From assembly GCA_032161105.1 (NCBI GenBank), contig JAVHTD010000005.1: DNA of 64,000 nucleotides. One strand, written 5' to 3'. Of the stretch, positions 19,920 to 29,551 are shown one piece after another. A program made the translations under genes and the position numbers. The DNA comes from Candidatus Thermosaccharophagus tengchongensis (GTDB taxonomy: Bacteria > Armatimonadota > Fervidibacteria > Fervidibacterales > Thermosaccharophagaceae). Every line of letters begins with the position of its first letter. Position 1 is the stretch's first letter. The notes below the pieces were generated by a model. That model was not told the origin of the DNA and made no database searches. It saw only the letters and a list, made by a program, of their open reading frames with translations.

Positions 19920-21722
19920 TCAGCTTTGCCTTATGAGCTCCCAAAGCATCTGGTTTGCCTGCCTTATGCGCTCGTAACGCTCCGCTGCCCTCTGAATAAG
20001 TTTCCCAATTTGTGAAAGGCGCTCTTTTTCCTCATCTGGCGTCTCGCTCTGCATGATTGCTTCTGCAACAAGCCGTTCAATGCTCTCTTCAAGGTGTGCG
20101 ATACCGAGCATTAGCTCAAGTTCGCCAACCGTCATCTCAAACAAGCCGATCTTCGTTATTAGCAACTCAAGTATGCGCTCTTCAACTGTGTGTTCTGTTG
20201 CCAAGTTTACAACGAACACGGGCTTATCCTGTCCCAACCTGTGAACACGCCCGATGCGCTGCTCAAGGCGCATAGGATTCCAAGGTAGGTCAAAATTGAT
20301 CACCACTCTGCAGAACTGTAAGTTTCGCCCTTCGGCTCCTGACTCCGTGCTTATCATTATCCTCGCGCTTTCTCTGAACCTCTCAACAGCCCTGTCCTTT
20401 GCCCTTTCGCTCATGCTCCCATGATACAGGACGACTTCCTCACCGCGTTTTTCAAGGGCTTCCTTGAGCAACTCCATACTCGCGATGTAATCGGTGAATA
20501 TGAGCACCTTCTCCTCAATTGCGTTCACAAGTTGTGCGGTGTGCTCAACCTTTGCGCATAGCGGTGTCGCCCTCGCAAGCTCATAAAATTCAGCCAGCCG
20601 TTCCCTTATCTCGTCCGGATATTCATCACACACCATCTTTAGCAAAGTCCTTTCCACCGCACGGGGCGTGCTGCAAAGTTCCTTTTGAAGCAATATGAGC
20701 GTAAGCTTCAAATGCCTTTCCTTCCCGGACGACTTGCTGAGCCGCTTATAGCTCTGCCTCAAAAAAGTCGTCATCTCTTCATACAAGCGAAGTTCTGGCG
20801 GAGTGAGTGAGATGTAATGTGTTGTAGCGTATCTCGGTGGAAGCATTATTCCAACTTCGTCCCTATGATGCCGTATCATCACCGATGAGATCAACCGGCG
20901 CAGCTCCCCAACATTCTTTGGCATCCTCGGATCATCAGCCATAACATACCGCCTTTTGAAGCTCTGCAGTGTTCCAAGCTGACCCGGCTTTATCAGGGTC
21001 ACAAGGTTGTAAAGTTCAAGCAGGTTGTTCTGAATAGGAGTTGCGGTTAGAAGCAGAGTGTAGCGCTTTCGTATCTTGCGGCAGAAGCGATGGGCAAGCG
21101 TTGAGCTGTTCCTAAGTTTGTGGGCTTCATCAATTATGAGCAAGTCAAATTCACGCCCATGTATGGCGCTGCTATGAGGCTCGCGCTTTGCCAGGTCAAT
21201 TGATCCTATTACGCGCTCATGCGAGAACCAATCATCCTTTCGCCGGGCTATGGTGAATGTCTCCCCAAACTTCTCAAGCATCTCATGACGCCATTGGTAG
21301 GTTAATGAAGCCGGCACGAGTATGAGCACACTTTTAACAAGTCCCCTCACGATCAGCTCTTTCATCACCAACCCGGCTTCAATTGTTTTGCCCAGACCGA
21401 CATCATCGGCGAGTAAAGCACACCCACCCATTTCGTTCAACACTCTTAAGGCGGTTTCAACTTGGTGCGGGAAGTGAGAAATGCGCACTTGACCCCAGCA
21501 TTGCAACTCCTCAAAGGATTGCATGGCACGAAGCTGCTCAGCCATCAGCAACAGAAAGTGGGCTTCATTTGATGGGATAGAGCACTCCGAAGCAGTGAAG
21601 TCGGGTATGCGCCACTCAACGATTGGGGTAAAATCCAGGAACTTTTCCGCCACTTTTTCCGGGGACATCCACTCGCTATCATCATCCAGCTTTTCATGCT
21701 TGTAAAGTTCAGCCTTTGGCAT
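19920..21722 (-). CDS. SNF2-family helicase/translocase (YqhH-like)
   Basis: LADDVGLGKT, IIDEAH, LLTATP, STESGAEGRNLQ and DLPWNPMRLEQRIGRVHR motifs. Confidence 0.9.
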   Translation of the reverse strand: MPKAELYKHEKLDDDSEWMSPEKVAEKFLDFTPIVEWRIPDFTASECSIPSNEAHFLLLMAEQLRAMQSFEELQCWGQVRISHFPHQVETALRVLNEMGGCALLADDVGLGKTIEAGLVMKELIVRGLVKSVLILVPASLTYQWRHEMLEKFGETFTIARRKDDWFSHERVIGSIDLAKREPHSSAIHGREFDLLIIDEAHKLRNSSTLAHRFCRKIRKRYTLLLTATPIQNNLLELYNLVTLIKPGQLGTLQSFKRRYVMADDPRMPKNVGELRRLISSVMIRHHRDEVGIMLPPRYATTHYISLTPPELRLYEEMTTFLRQSYKRLSKSSGKERHLKLTLILLQKELCSTPRAVERTLLKMVCDEYPDEIRERLAEFYELARATPLCAKVEHTAQLVNAIEEKVLIFTDYIASMELLKEALEKRGEEVVLYHGSMSERAKDRAVERFRESARIMISTESGAEGRNLQFCRVVINFDLPWNPMRLEQRIGRVHRLGQDKPVFVVNLATEHTVEERILELLITKIGLFEMTVGELELMLGIAHLEESIERLVAEAIMQSETPDEEKERLSQIGKLIQRAAERYERIRQANQMLWELIRQS

Positions 21723-22006
21723 TGCGTGTTTCCCCTCGTGCTCTACATCAGCTTTCGTTGCAACCTTGTGCTGCTGGTTCGGGTGACGACCAACTTACAA
21801 AAGTTTAATGCATTTGCCTGCCAGTGTGAAGCAGATGTAAGGTTGGGGTTCAACCTATATATCGGGTGAGGCTGTGCGTTCATCTGCACAGTAATTGGTG
21901 TGCCCGTATAGGTGCCGCTGCGATTAACATTTGATGACTGCGCGACATAATTTATGCGTGAGCATGGAGTGCTCATGCAGCAAGGTTAAGAGCTGTTGAG
22001 GCGCCC

Positions 22007-22153
22007 CTCCTCTCATCACGAGTGGTGGAGGGTCACGCGCCCGATGAAGCCCGGCAACCTACCGATGGTGAAGGTGGCGAGCCATCGGCAAGGTGCCAAA
22101 TGCGTTGAGTCCTTGGCAGGCGTAAAAGCCCCAAGGGCGAGAGATGAGAGGAG
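22007..22153 (+). ncRNA. SAM-I (S-box) riboswitch aptamer
   Basis: P1 CTCCTCTCATC/GATGAGAGGAG; conserved ATCACGAG, GGTGGAGGG..GCCCGATGAAGCCCGGCAACC and GGTGCCAA; upstream of SAM synthetase. Confidence 0.93.
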
Positions 22154-22461
22154 TGGGATACCGTAGACGGCAGACATCATGCCGATGCTCAGGTCCCGCT
22201 CCTCTCCGCAAGGGGCGCTTCCAAGCCGTTTGGTGGCGTTCGCAATATCGCTGTGGTGAGGAGGCGGGACATGGGCAAGGGCTTAAAAGGCACAGGCGTT
22301 GAGCATCGCTGGCTGAAGAGGATTGCATGTGCTTCCCCACTAAGAGATCCTTCAACTCTTACGGAGTTGCTTAGCCACAAGCGTTGCGGATGCACCCCAA
22401 ACGGCTGGCAGCCCCAAGATCAAGCACATGGTGCAATACCCATGGGGAGGAGGTAATTCAA

Positions 22462-23730
22462 ATGCACTTGAAGGTGAGCGCCGGTAAGAACATCACTGTT
22501 GATGACATGCCGATGGAGATAGTTGAGCGCAAGGGGAAGGGTCATCCTGACACGCTTTGTGATGGGGCTGCTGAGGAACTCAGCAGGATGCTATGCATGT
22601 TCTATCGTGAGCATGCTGGACGCATACTTCACCACAATGTGGACAAGTGTGTCCTTGCCGGTGGACGCTCATCACCGAGGCTTGGCGGGGGTGCAATTGA
22701 AGAGCCAATCTATGTTCTGCTTGTTGGCAGGGCAACTCTTGAGTGGCGTGGCTCACAGGATGAAATTCGGCGCGTGCCAATCGGGAGGATGGTGCTGCAG
22801 GGCATTCAGAGTTGGTTTAAGGAGCAGCTCCCACATTTGCCCATACCGGGCGCACTTATGGTTGACTACAGGATAAAGCGAGGAAGCGAGGACTTGATCG
22901 CCAATTACGACATGACCTCCAATGTTCCGAGGGCAAATGACACTTCGCTTGCGGTCGCATTTGCTCCCCTCTCAGCGACCGAGCAGCTCGTCAAAGAGAC
23001 GGAGATGTTCCTCAACTCGCCCGAGTTGAAAGCCGAACTGCCAGCACTCGGTGAGGATATAAAGGTTATGGGGGTAAGGGTGGGCAGGCATATAAGGTTA
23101 ACGGTGGCAGCTGCGTTCATTGACCGATATGTGAGGTCAGTTAGCGAATACTACGAATTGAAGGAAGCGGTAAAGTGGAGACTCAAACAACACTTGTGGG
23201 AGAATTGCCTGACCAAGTTCCCGGTGGAGTATGATGTTGACATTGAGCTCAACACAGCTGATGAAGGCGATACCATTTACATCACCGTTACTGGGACGAG
23301 TGCCGAGTGCGGTGATGATGGACAGGTTGGGAGGGGTAACAGGATTAACGGATTGATAACACCATACCGCCCAATGAGCCTTGAAGCTGCAGCCGGCAAG
23401 AATCCTGTATCTCATGTCGGTAAGATCTATCAGGTGATGGCTCAATTGATCGCAAACAAGCTTGTTGAAGCACGACCATCCCTCAGGCAAGTCTATTGCT
23501 ATATGGTTAGCCAAATTGGGCATCCGATCACAGATCCGCAAGCGGTCAACATTGAATACTACGGTGATGTGTCGGAAAGCGAGATGAGACAACTTGCAAG
23601 CAATGCTGTTGATCAAGTGTTATCGCAGTGGCGTGAAATACAAGATGGATTTGTTGAAGGGACATGGGGGGTTAACTACCCGGGCATGGTTGTTGCCCGC
23701 CAAGTTGAACCAGCCAAGAAGGGCACTTAA
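22462..23730 (+). CDS. Methionine adenosyltransferase, archaeal type
   Basis: [46 protein letters not shown] and [12 protein letters not shown] motifs; GGAGGAGG RBS. Confidence 0.92.
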   Translation: MHLKVSAGKNITVDDMPMEIVERKGKGHPDTLCDGAAEELSRMLCMFYREHAGRILHHNVDKCVLAGGRSSPRLGGGAIEEPIYVLLVGRATLEWRGSQDEIRRVPIGRMVLQGIQSWFKEQLPHLPIPGALMVDYRIKRGSEDLIANYDMTSNVPRANDTSLAVAFAPLSATEQLVKETEMFLNSPELKAELPALGEDIKVMGVRVGRHIRLTVAAAFIDRYVRSVSEYYELKEAVKWRLKQHLWENCLTKFPVEYDVDIELNTADEGDTIYITVTGTSAECGDDGQVGRGNRINGLITPYRPMSLEAAAGKNPVSHVGKIYQVMAQLIANKLVEARPSLRQVYCYMVSQIGHPITDPQAVNIEYYGDVSESEMRQLASNAVDQVLSQWREIQDGFVEGTWGVNYPGMVVARQVEPAKKGT

Positions 23731-23913
23731 AGAGTGCGAGCGAAGTTGTTGGTAGCCCCAACAATTCCGCGAAATTTAGCTACCTCAACCGCAACATGGG
23801 AGATTTAATCACCGATGGTTGAATCCAATGTAAGCGCAGCTCTAAGGGACCGCGCGGCATCTAAATTGGCGGAAAGTGACATTCAATCCAATACCGCGTT
23901 GAGCATGGCATAA

Positions 23914-24702
23914 TTGCCTGCTTGGAGGTGCAACGAGGTGAGATCAGGAAACTGCTGCAGGACTGTGATAGCTGTAGTGTTGCTCGGTGCAGTGTCAGTT
24001 TTGCTCGTTGAACTTGTTTGTGCGCAGGGTGGCAACTTCACAGCTGCTCAAGTTGTATCCGCACTTGAGCGGCACCTTCGCAAGCGCATTACAAATCCAG
24101 TCGACCCCAAGAATCTGCGCATAAAGGTGGTTCCATCCCCAAACCCGGAGGAGACTGCCAAGGGAAAATTCCAACTCGTTGAGATCAGCGGCAGCCCTGT
24201 CAGGATCAAGTCGGTTAACTTGCTCAAGTTTGAAGCGCTCGTCATTGAGCCAACAGTTGACGCCAAAGCACTCGTTGAGGATGATAGGTTGATTGTGCTT
24301 TCGGTTAAGGAATCGCATTGTGATGCTGTCTTCACGCCGCAAAGCTTTGAGCAGCTCTTTGCCGAGGGCAAGCACACGAAGAACATGAACATCAAGGTCA
24401 AGTTCCGTGATGACCAGCAAGTTGAGCTGACAGGGCGATGGACTCTCTTCGGCATCAACAATCCGTTTAGGGCTGTCGGGAGGGTGTTCCCGGCTCAGGA
24501 TGGCTCTGTGCATGTGCGCTTTAGCGAACTTTACTTCAATGCAGTGCCAGTGCCAGAATGGATTCAACGGCGCCTTGAAGCCAGGCTCAATCCATTGCTC
24601 AAGCCGGAGGACATGATATTTGACCCCATAATCAAGAGTGCTGTGATTGAAGGTGATAGGATGATTGTTAGCACGAAGCCATACAAGCCACAGAGCAAAT
24701 GA
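23914..24702 (+). CDS. Exported protein, DUF2993/LmeA-like
   Basis: Signal-like N-terminus and beta-rich body; family call tentative; start uncertain. Confidence 0.45.
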   Translation: MPAWRCNEVRSGNCCRTVIAVVLLGAVSVLLVELVCAQGGNFTAAQVVSALERHLRKRITNPVDPKNLRIKVVPSPNPEETAKGKFQLVEISGSPVRIKSVNLLKFEALVIEPTVDAKALVEDDRLIVLSVKESHCDAVFTPQSFEQLFAEGKHTKNMNIKVKFRDDQQVELTGRWTLFGINNPFRAVGRVFPAQDGSVHVRFSELYFNAVPVPEWIQRRLEARLNPLLKPEDMIFDPIIKSAVIEGDRMIVSTKPYKPQSK

Positions 24703-24718
24703 ATCTGGAGGTGAGAGA

Positions 24719-25297
24719 ATGGGTCAGCAGGGTGAAAGCCTCAATGAGCAAGCCAGTCCAAGCGAAGGGGTTGAATTGGACAGCGGTGAAATGCAAGGGG
24801 GGATAACACCTCAAATTGTTAGTCAACCGTTGCGTATGAGGGCGTTTGCCATTATTGGTTGGCTCATTGCACTGTTGTCGCTGATGTTGAACGGATTGCT
24901 GGGTGCTCGCTTGCACGCCTTATCAAATGAGGTAAAGCGGTTGTCGGCGCAGGTCTCTCATCACAAGTCGGAGTTAGCACATGCCGCTCGGCAGCTGTTA
25001 TCGCCGGCAAGAAGGGACCTAACCTACGCAAGCTTCAGTTTTGACCCCGAGCTTTACACGCCGCATCAAGTCATTGAATACATTGAATCAGCGCGCCCAT
25101 GGATTAACCTTGCCCGTGAGGTCGTCCCTGAGCCTAAACATGCTGAACAGCTCTCAAAGGTTGTGGCGCTCCTTGATGAGGTTAAAGACCTGTTATCGCA
25201 GCCGGGGCAGCAGGAAAGCGCACAGCAAAGGCTCAATCAGGCAAGGGACATGCTCAGGACTGTCATGGGACAGCTGCAACAAATGGGAATGCAATAG
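24719..25297 (+). CDS. Membrane-anchored helical hypothetical protein
   Basis: One TM segment followed by coiled-coil; GGAGGT RBS. Confidence 0.6.
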   Translation: MGQQGESLNEQASPSEGVELDSGEMQGGITPQIVSQPLRMRAFAIIGWLIALLSLMLNGLLGARLHALSNEVKRLSAQVSHHKSELAHAARQLLSPARRDLTYASFSFDPELYTPHQVIEYIESARPWINLAREVVPEPKHAEQLSKVVALLDEVKDLLSQPGQQESAQQRLNQARDMLRTVMGQLQQMGMQ

Positions 25298-25422
25298 TTT
25301 GCCGCTGCGATGATAAGCTGTAGGTGATGGGTGAGCAATTGCTAAAACCACGCTGAGCGAAAAGACGGTGATGTTCCAATGTGACCGAAAGTGGTGATGT
25401 TGTGGTTGTGAGGTGGTTAACG

Positions 25423-25917
25423 ATGGATGCAATTGAAGCCATGAAGACGCGCCGTAGCGTGAGGTCTTTCAAGCCAGACCCTGTCCCAAAAGAAGTGATT
25501 GAGGACATCGTTGATTGCGCAAGGCTTGCTCCAACGGCATTGAACTACCAGCCATGGGAGTTTATCGTCGTCACCGACCCCCAGATGAGGAAGCGCATTG
25601 CCGATGAGACGGATTATGGCAAGTTCATAGCGCAAGCACCAATTTGCATAGCTGTGTTTTGCAGGAATGTGAAGTATTACCTTGAAGATGGCAGTGCAGC
25701 AACACAGAACCTATTGCTTGCAGCTCATGCGCATGGTTTAGGTGCATGCTGGGTAGCCGGCGACAAAAAGCCTTACGCAAGCCGCATTGCTGAGTTGCTC
25801 GGTGTCCCAAGCGGCTACAAGCTTGTGAGTCTGGTTGCCATGGGCTACCCAGCCGAGAAGCCGGGAAGGATATCCAAGCGATCTCTCAGGGAGGTTCTCC
25901 ATTGGGAAAAGTTCTAA
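25423..25917 (+). CDS. Nitroreductase family protein
   Basis: RRSVRSF, APTALNYQPWEF and QNLLLAAHAHGLGACW motifs. Confidence 0.92.
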   Translation: MDAIEAMKTRRSVRSFKPDPVPKEVIEDIVDCARLAPTALNYQPWEFIVVTDPQMRKRIADETDYGKFIAQAPICIAVFCRNVKYYLEDGSAATQNLLLAAHAHGLGACWVAGDKKPYASRIAELLGVPSGYKLVSLVAMGYPAEKPGRISKRSLREVLHWEKF

Positions 25918-25949
25918 TGGGCAAACCGTCTTGGGCAGGTGTAGGTTAG

Positions 25950-26744
25950 ATGCCGCTTTACTTCGCCAATGAAGCAATTTCCCTTTACCATGATGACTTC
26001 TTGAACTTCACAGAGCTGCCTGAAGAGAGCGTTGACTTGATTGTGACCTCTCCGCCTTACGATGTGGACATACAGTATGATGGTTATACTGACAACCTGC
26101 CATACCCGAAGTATTTGGAGTTCATCACAAGGGCATTGCAGAGGTGCTACTTGCTGGCAAAGCCCGATGGGCGATTGTGCTTGAACATCCCACTGGACAA
26201 AAACAAAGGCGGACAACAAAGCGTGTATGCTGACATAGTGAACATAGCGAAGGAGGTTGGGTGGAAGTATCACACGACCATCATTTGGAATGAGCAAAAC
26301 ATATCTCGGAGAACAGCATGGGGCTCATGGTTAAGCGCCTCAGCACCATTTGTGATTGCACCAGTTGAAACAATCCTCGTGATGTATAAAAAGCAGTGGC
26401 AGAAACAGAGCAAAGGTTTCTCCGATATAACTCGCGATGAATTTCTGGAGTGGACAAACGGTGTTTGGACCTTCAGTGGTGAGAGCCGAAAAAGGGTTGG
26501 TCACCCGGCACCATTTCCTGTGGAGCTGCCGCGCCGGTGCATCAAGTTGTTCAGCTATGTCGGTGATGTGGTGTTAGACCCATTCGTTGGCAGTGGGACT
26601 ACTCTCTTAGCATGCTGGGAGTTAAAGCGCATCGGAGTAGGTGTGGAAATTAGCGAGGCTTATTGCAAGTTAGCGGTTAAACGGTTGCTGAGATTTCTCA
26701 AGCAACCTCGTTTGGAGCTTCAGGAGGACAAGGCTTCGGATTGA
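25950..26744 (+). CDS. DNA amino-methyltransferase, beta class (SPPY, probably N4-cytosine)
   Basis: VDLIVTSPPY precedes HPAPFP and VLDPFVGSGTT. Confidence 0.92.
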   Translation: MPLYFANEAISLYHDDFLNFTELPEESVDLIVTSPPYDVDIQYDGYTDNLPYPKYLEFITRALQRCYLLAKPDGRLCLNIPLDKNKGGQQSVYADIVNIAKEVGWKYHTTIIWNEQNISRRTAWGSWLSASAPFVIAPVETILVMYKKQWQKQSKGFSDITRDEFLEWTNGVWTFSGESRKRVGHPAPFPVELPRRCIKLFSYVGDVVLDPFVGSGTTLLACWELKRIGVGVEISEAYCKLAVKRLLRFLKQPRLELQEDKASD

Positions 26745-27307
26745 AGAGCCCACTTTTGAATGTCCTCAGGAAGGTCAGTCAATGGTTTCACAATGTCCCC
26801 GAACTTCGTCTCAACAGTTGGCGGGCAAAAAGCCGGGTGGTTTTTCACATACACTCCGCACAAGAAGCGACGCGCCAATCGCCGATTCTTGTTTGGGCGG
26901 TTTGGAGATCCCCACTCTGAGCGACCGCTATGCCCTTTATCGGGTGTCACCAAAACGAAGCGAATGCCAGCTCGGTGATAAACGATGCTCCAAAAGAGCG
27001 TCTCTGTTAGCCGATTATGTAAACTTAGTTTGCAACTCACGATGGCTATTGGTTGATTGCCCTTTGCGATGACAATATCCACATCGCCAAAGAGCGGCTT
27101 TGTGTCGCCTATCTCTTCAAGATCCACTGCTCCCCACAAAGAGCCGACTTTGCAAAGCAGCCTCTCCCTTAACACCTGAGGGAGATTCCTCTCACGGTAT
27201 ACTGAGAAGCCTCTCTTAACCAACTCACGCCTCAAATATTCCGCCACATACTCTTCCCATCGTTCCCCTTCCTCATGGACCGTTCGTTGGCGTGTTGATT
27301 CACTCAT
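26720..27307 (-). CDS. Putative type II restriction endonuclease (PD-(D/E)xK, BsaWI/Cfr10I-like)
   Basis: GERWE and GDVDIVI...IVSCKLSLHNRLTETLFW motifs; convergent with and overlapping the methyltransferase. Confidence 0.65.
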   Translation of the reverse strand: MSESTRQRTVHEEGERWEEYVAEYLRRELVKRGFSVYRERNLPQVLRERLLCKVGSLWGAVDLEEIGDTKPLFGDVDIVIAKGNQPIAIVSCKLSLHNRLTETLFWSIVYHRAGIRFVLVTPDKGHSGRSEWGSPNRPNKNRRLARRFLCGVYVKNHPAFCPPTVETKFGDIVKPLTDLPEDIQKWALQSEALSS

Positions 27308-27384
27308 CACCGTCGCCACCAATTGGTGAGTGGTTGACTTATAGCTCAAACTTTTCAGCGCTCCACAATGCTTGCCGTTAGTCA

Positions 27385-29367
27385 TTAAACGGCGATGGCT
27401 GCAAGTTGTGCGAACACTTGTTCATCGCTAAAGCCGCGCAGGTCAATGCTTTTATTTCGGCATGCGGCAACGCATGCACCGCAGCCCTCGCACAATCCGG
27501 GATTAACCGATGAGACCACTTTGATCAAGTTGCCTCGCCTATCCCTTATTTCCTTCCGCTCAATCGCGTTGTATGGGCAGACCCTCTCACAATCAAAGCA
27601 GCCTGTGCATGTCATTTCGTTAACCACTGCGATTGTCGGCTCACGCTCAATTCTCGGCGTGCCAAACAGACTGAGCACCTTCGCGGCTGCAGCGCTTGCC
27701 TGCGCCACCGAATCTGGGATGTCCTTAGGGGCTTGGCATGCGCCTGCAAGGAAGACTCCCGCAGTGGTCGTTTCAACTGGGCGCAGCTTGGGATGAGCTT
27801 CGCTGAAGAAACCATGCTCATCATATGAGATGCGCAATTTGCGTGCAAGCTCTTCAAAACCATCTGAAGGGCGCATAGCCGTCGCAAGCACAACCAAGTC
27901 AGCCTCAACCTCAATCAGTTTTCCGCTGAGCGTATCCATGCCCTTGACCACGAGTTTGCCATTGCTCTCGTAAATCCTTGAGACCCTGCCTCGTATGTAG
28001 CATGCGCCTTCTTCCTCAATCGCCCTGCGCACAAATTCGTCATAGCCCTTCCCGCCGGCTCTTATGTCCATGTAAAACACATAACACTCGCCATCATGCA
28101 CCCTGTGCTTGAACAGGAGGGCGTGCTTCGCAATATACATGCAGCAGATCTTTGAGCAGTATGGTATTCCCTTTGCCCTATCCCTTGAGCCAACGCATGC
28201 TATGAAGACAACGACCTTTGCTTCCTTTCCATCCGAGGGGCGCAATATTCTTCCGCCGGTTGGACCTGAGGCACTTAACAGGCGCTCAAATTGGAGACCG
28301 TCAATCACATCCTTGAACCTGCCACCACCATACTCGCCGTAAAGCGATGGCGAGATAAGCTCATACCCCGTAGCCACAACGATTGCTCCGACTTTCTCGG
28401 TGATTAGCTCATCCTGCTGCTCATAGTCAATCGCCTTTACCGGGCAAACCCTCTCGCATACTCGGCACTTCCCCTCAGTGAAGTAGCGGCAATGCTCTCG
28501 GTCAATGACTGGCACATTGGGAACTGCCTGTGGGAATGGCGTGTAAATTGCCGGGCGCGTTCCAAGCCCCCTATCAAACTCGCTCGGTATCCCGTCACGC
28601 CTTGCCGGACAACGCTGTGTGCACAACCCGCAACCAGTGCACAGATCCTCGCGCACTGAACGAGCTTTCTTTCTGATCGTCACTTCAAAGTTGCCCACAT
28701 AACCTTGCACCACTTCAACAACCGAATATGTGTAGAGCTTGATTTTCGGGTGCTGGCGGACTTGAACCATCTTTGGTGTGAGTATGCACTGAGAGCAGTC
28801 AAGCGTTGGGAATGTTTCTGAAAGCTGTGCCATGTGTCCGCCGATTGACGGCTCACGCTCAACGAGCACAACTTCATAGCCGGCGTCGGCGATATCCAAG
28901 GCTGCTTGAATGCCGGCTATGCCGCCTCCGATGACAAGGGCGCGCTTTGTCACATCAATGTGAATTGGGTGAAGCTCGTGATTTCGCTTCACCTTCTCAA
29001 CCATGATTCGCACAAGCTCAATTGCTTTCCTCGTCGCCGCCTCCCTATCCTGATGCACCCATGAGCAATGCTCCCTTATGTTCGCCATCTCGCAAAGGTA
29101 TGGATTTAATCCAGCTGCAGCGCATGCGGCACGGAATGTAGGCTCATGCATTGATGGGCTGCATGCAGCCACAACAACGCCTGTCAAATGGTGCTCCCTT
29201 ATGGCGTCTTGGATGACCTTCTGACCCGGGTCCGAGCACATGTAGCGGTAATCGGTTGAGTAAACGACGCCCGGATGCTTCGCCAGCTCATCCCTTACCC
29301 TCTCAACATCAACTGTTGCAGCTATGTTGACGCCGCAGTGGCAAATGAAAACGCCAATTCGTGGCAT
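27385..29367 (-). CDS. hdrA: Heterodisulfide reductase subunit A
   Basis: RIGVFICHCGVNIA, ANIREHCSWVH, GGGIAG, TFPTLDCSQC, YCSKICC and ferredoxin CxxCxxCxxxC motifs. Confidence 0.95.
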   Translation of the reverse strand: MPRIGVFICHCGVNIAATVDVERVRDELAKHPGVVYSTDYRYMCSDPGQKVIQDAIREHHLTGVVVAACSPSMHEPTFRAACAAAGLNPYLCEMANIREHCSWVHQDREAATRKAIELVRIMVEKVKRNHELHPIHIDVTKRALVIGGGIAGIQAALDIADAGYEVVLVEREPSIGGHMAQLSETFPTLDCSQCILTPKMVQVRQHPKIKLYTYSVVEVVQGYVGNFEVTIRKKARSVREDLCTGCGLCTQRCPARRDGIPSEFDRGLGTRPAIYTPFPQAVPNVPVIDREHCRYFTEGKCRVCERVCPVKAIDYEQQDELITEKVGAIVVATGYELISPSLYGEYGGGRFKDVIDGLQFERLLSASGPTGGRILRPSDGKEAKVVVFIACVGSRDRAKGIPYCSKICCMYIAKHALLFKHRVHDGECYVFYMDIRAGGKGYDEFVRRAIEEEGACYIRGRVSRIYESNGKLVVKGMDTLSGKLIEVEADLVVLATAMRPSDGFEELARKLRISYDEHGFFSEAHPKLRPVETTTAGVFLAGACQAPKDIPDSVAQASAAAAKVLSLFGTPRIEREPTIAVVNEMTCTGCFDCERVCPYNAIERKEIRDRRGNLIKVVSSVNPGLCEGCGACVAACRNKSIDLRGFSDEQVFAQLAAIAV

Positions 29368-29551
29368 TCTCCACGCACCTCGCATGCATCGTTTGTTTTG
29401 AGTGCCTCACCAATGTCGTCTTAATAACCAAACTCGGTCTTAAGACCAAAAGCCAAAGGAAGGACATCACCGATAAGTTGAGCAGGCGCCAGTTAAGTGC
29501 GAACTTCGCCCAGCGCTTGGATTTTGAAGCGCTCCATGGCTGCTTTTGCGG

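Noticed and set aside
22059..22456. Short ORFs in the SAM synthetase leader and in 31153-31469
   Set aside because: No RBS or protein motifs; the regions are better explained as structured RNA.
6354..27307. One dispersed BREX system made of the ATPase, SNF2 helicase and methyltransferase
   Set aside because: The genes are 4-10 kb apart and there is no pglZ. The methyltransferase is small and paired with a nuclease, and the helicase is YqhH-like.
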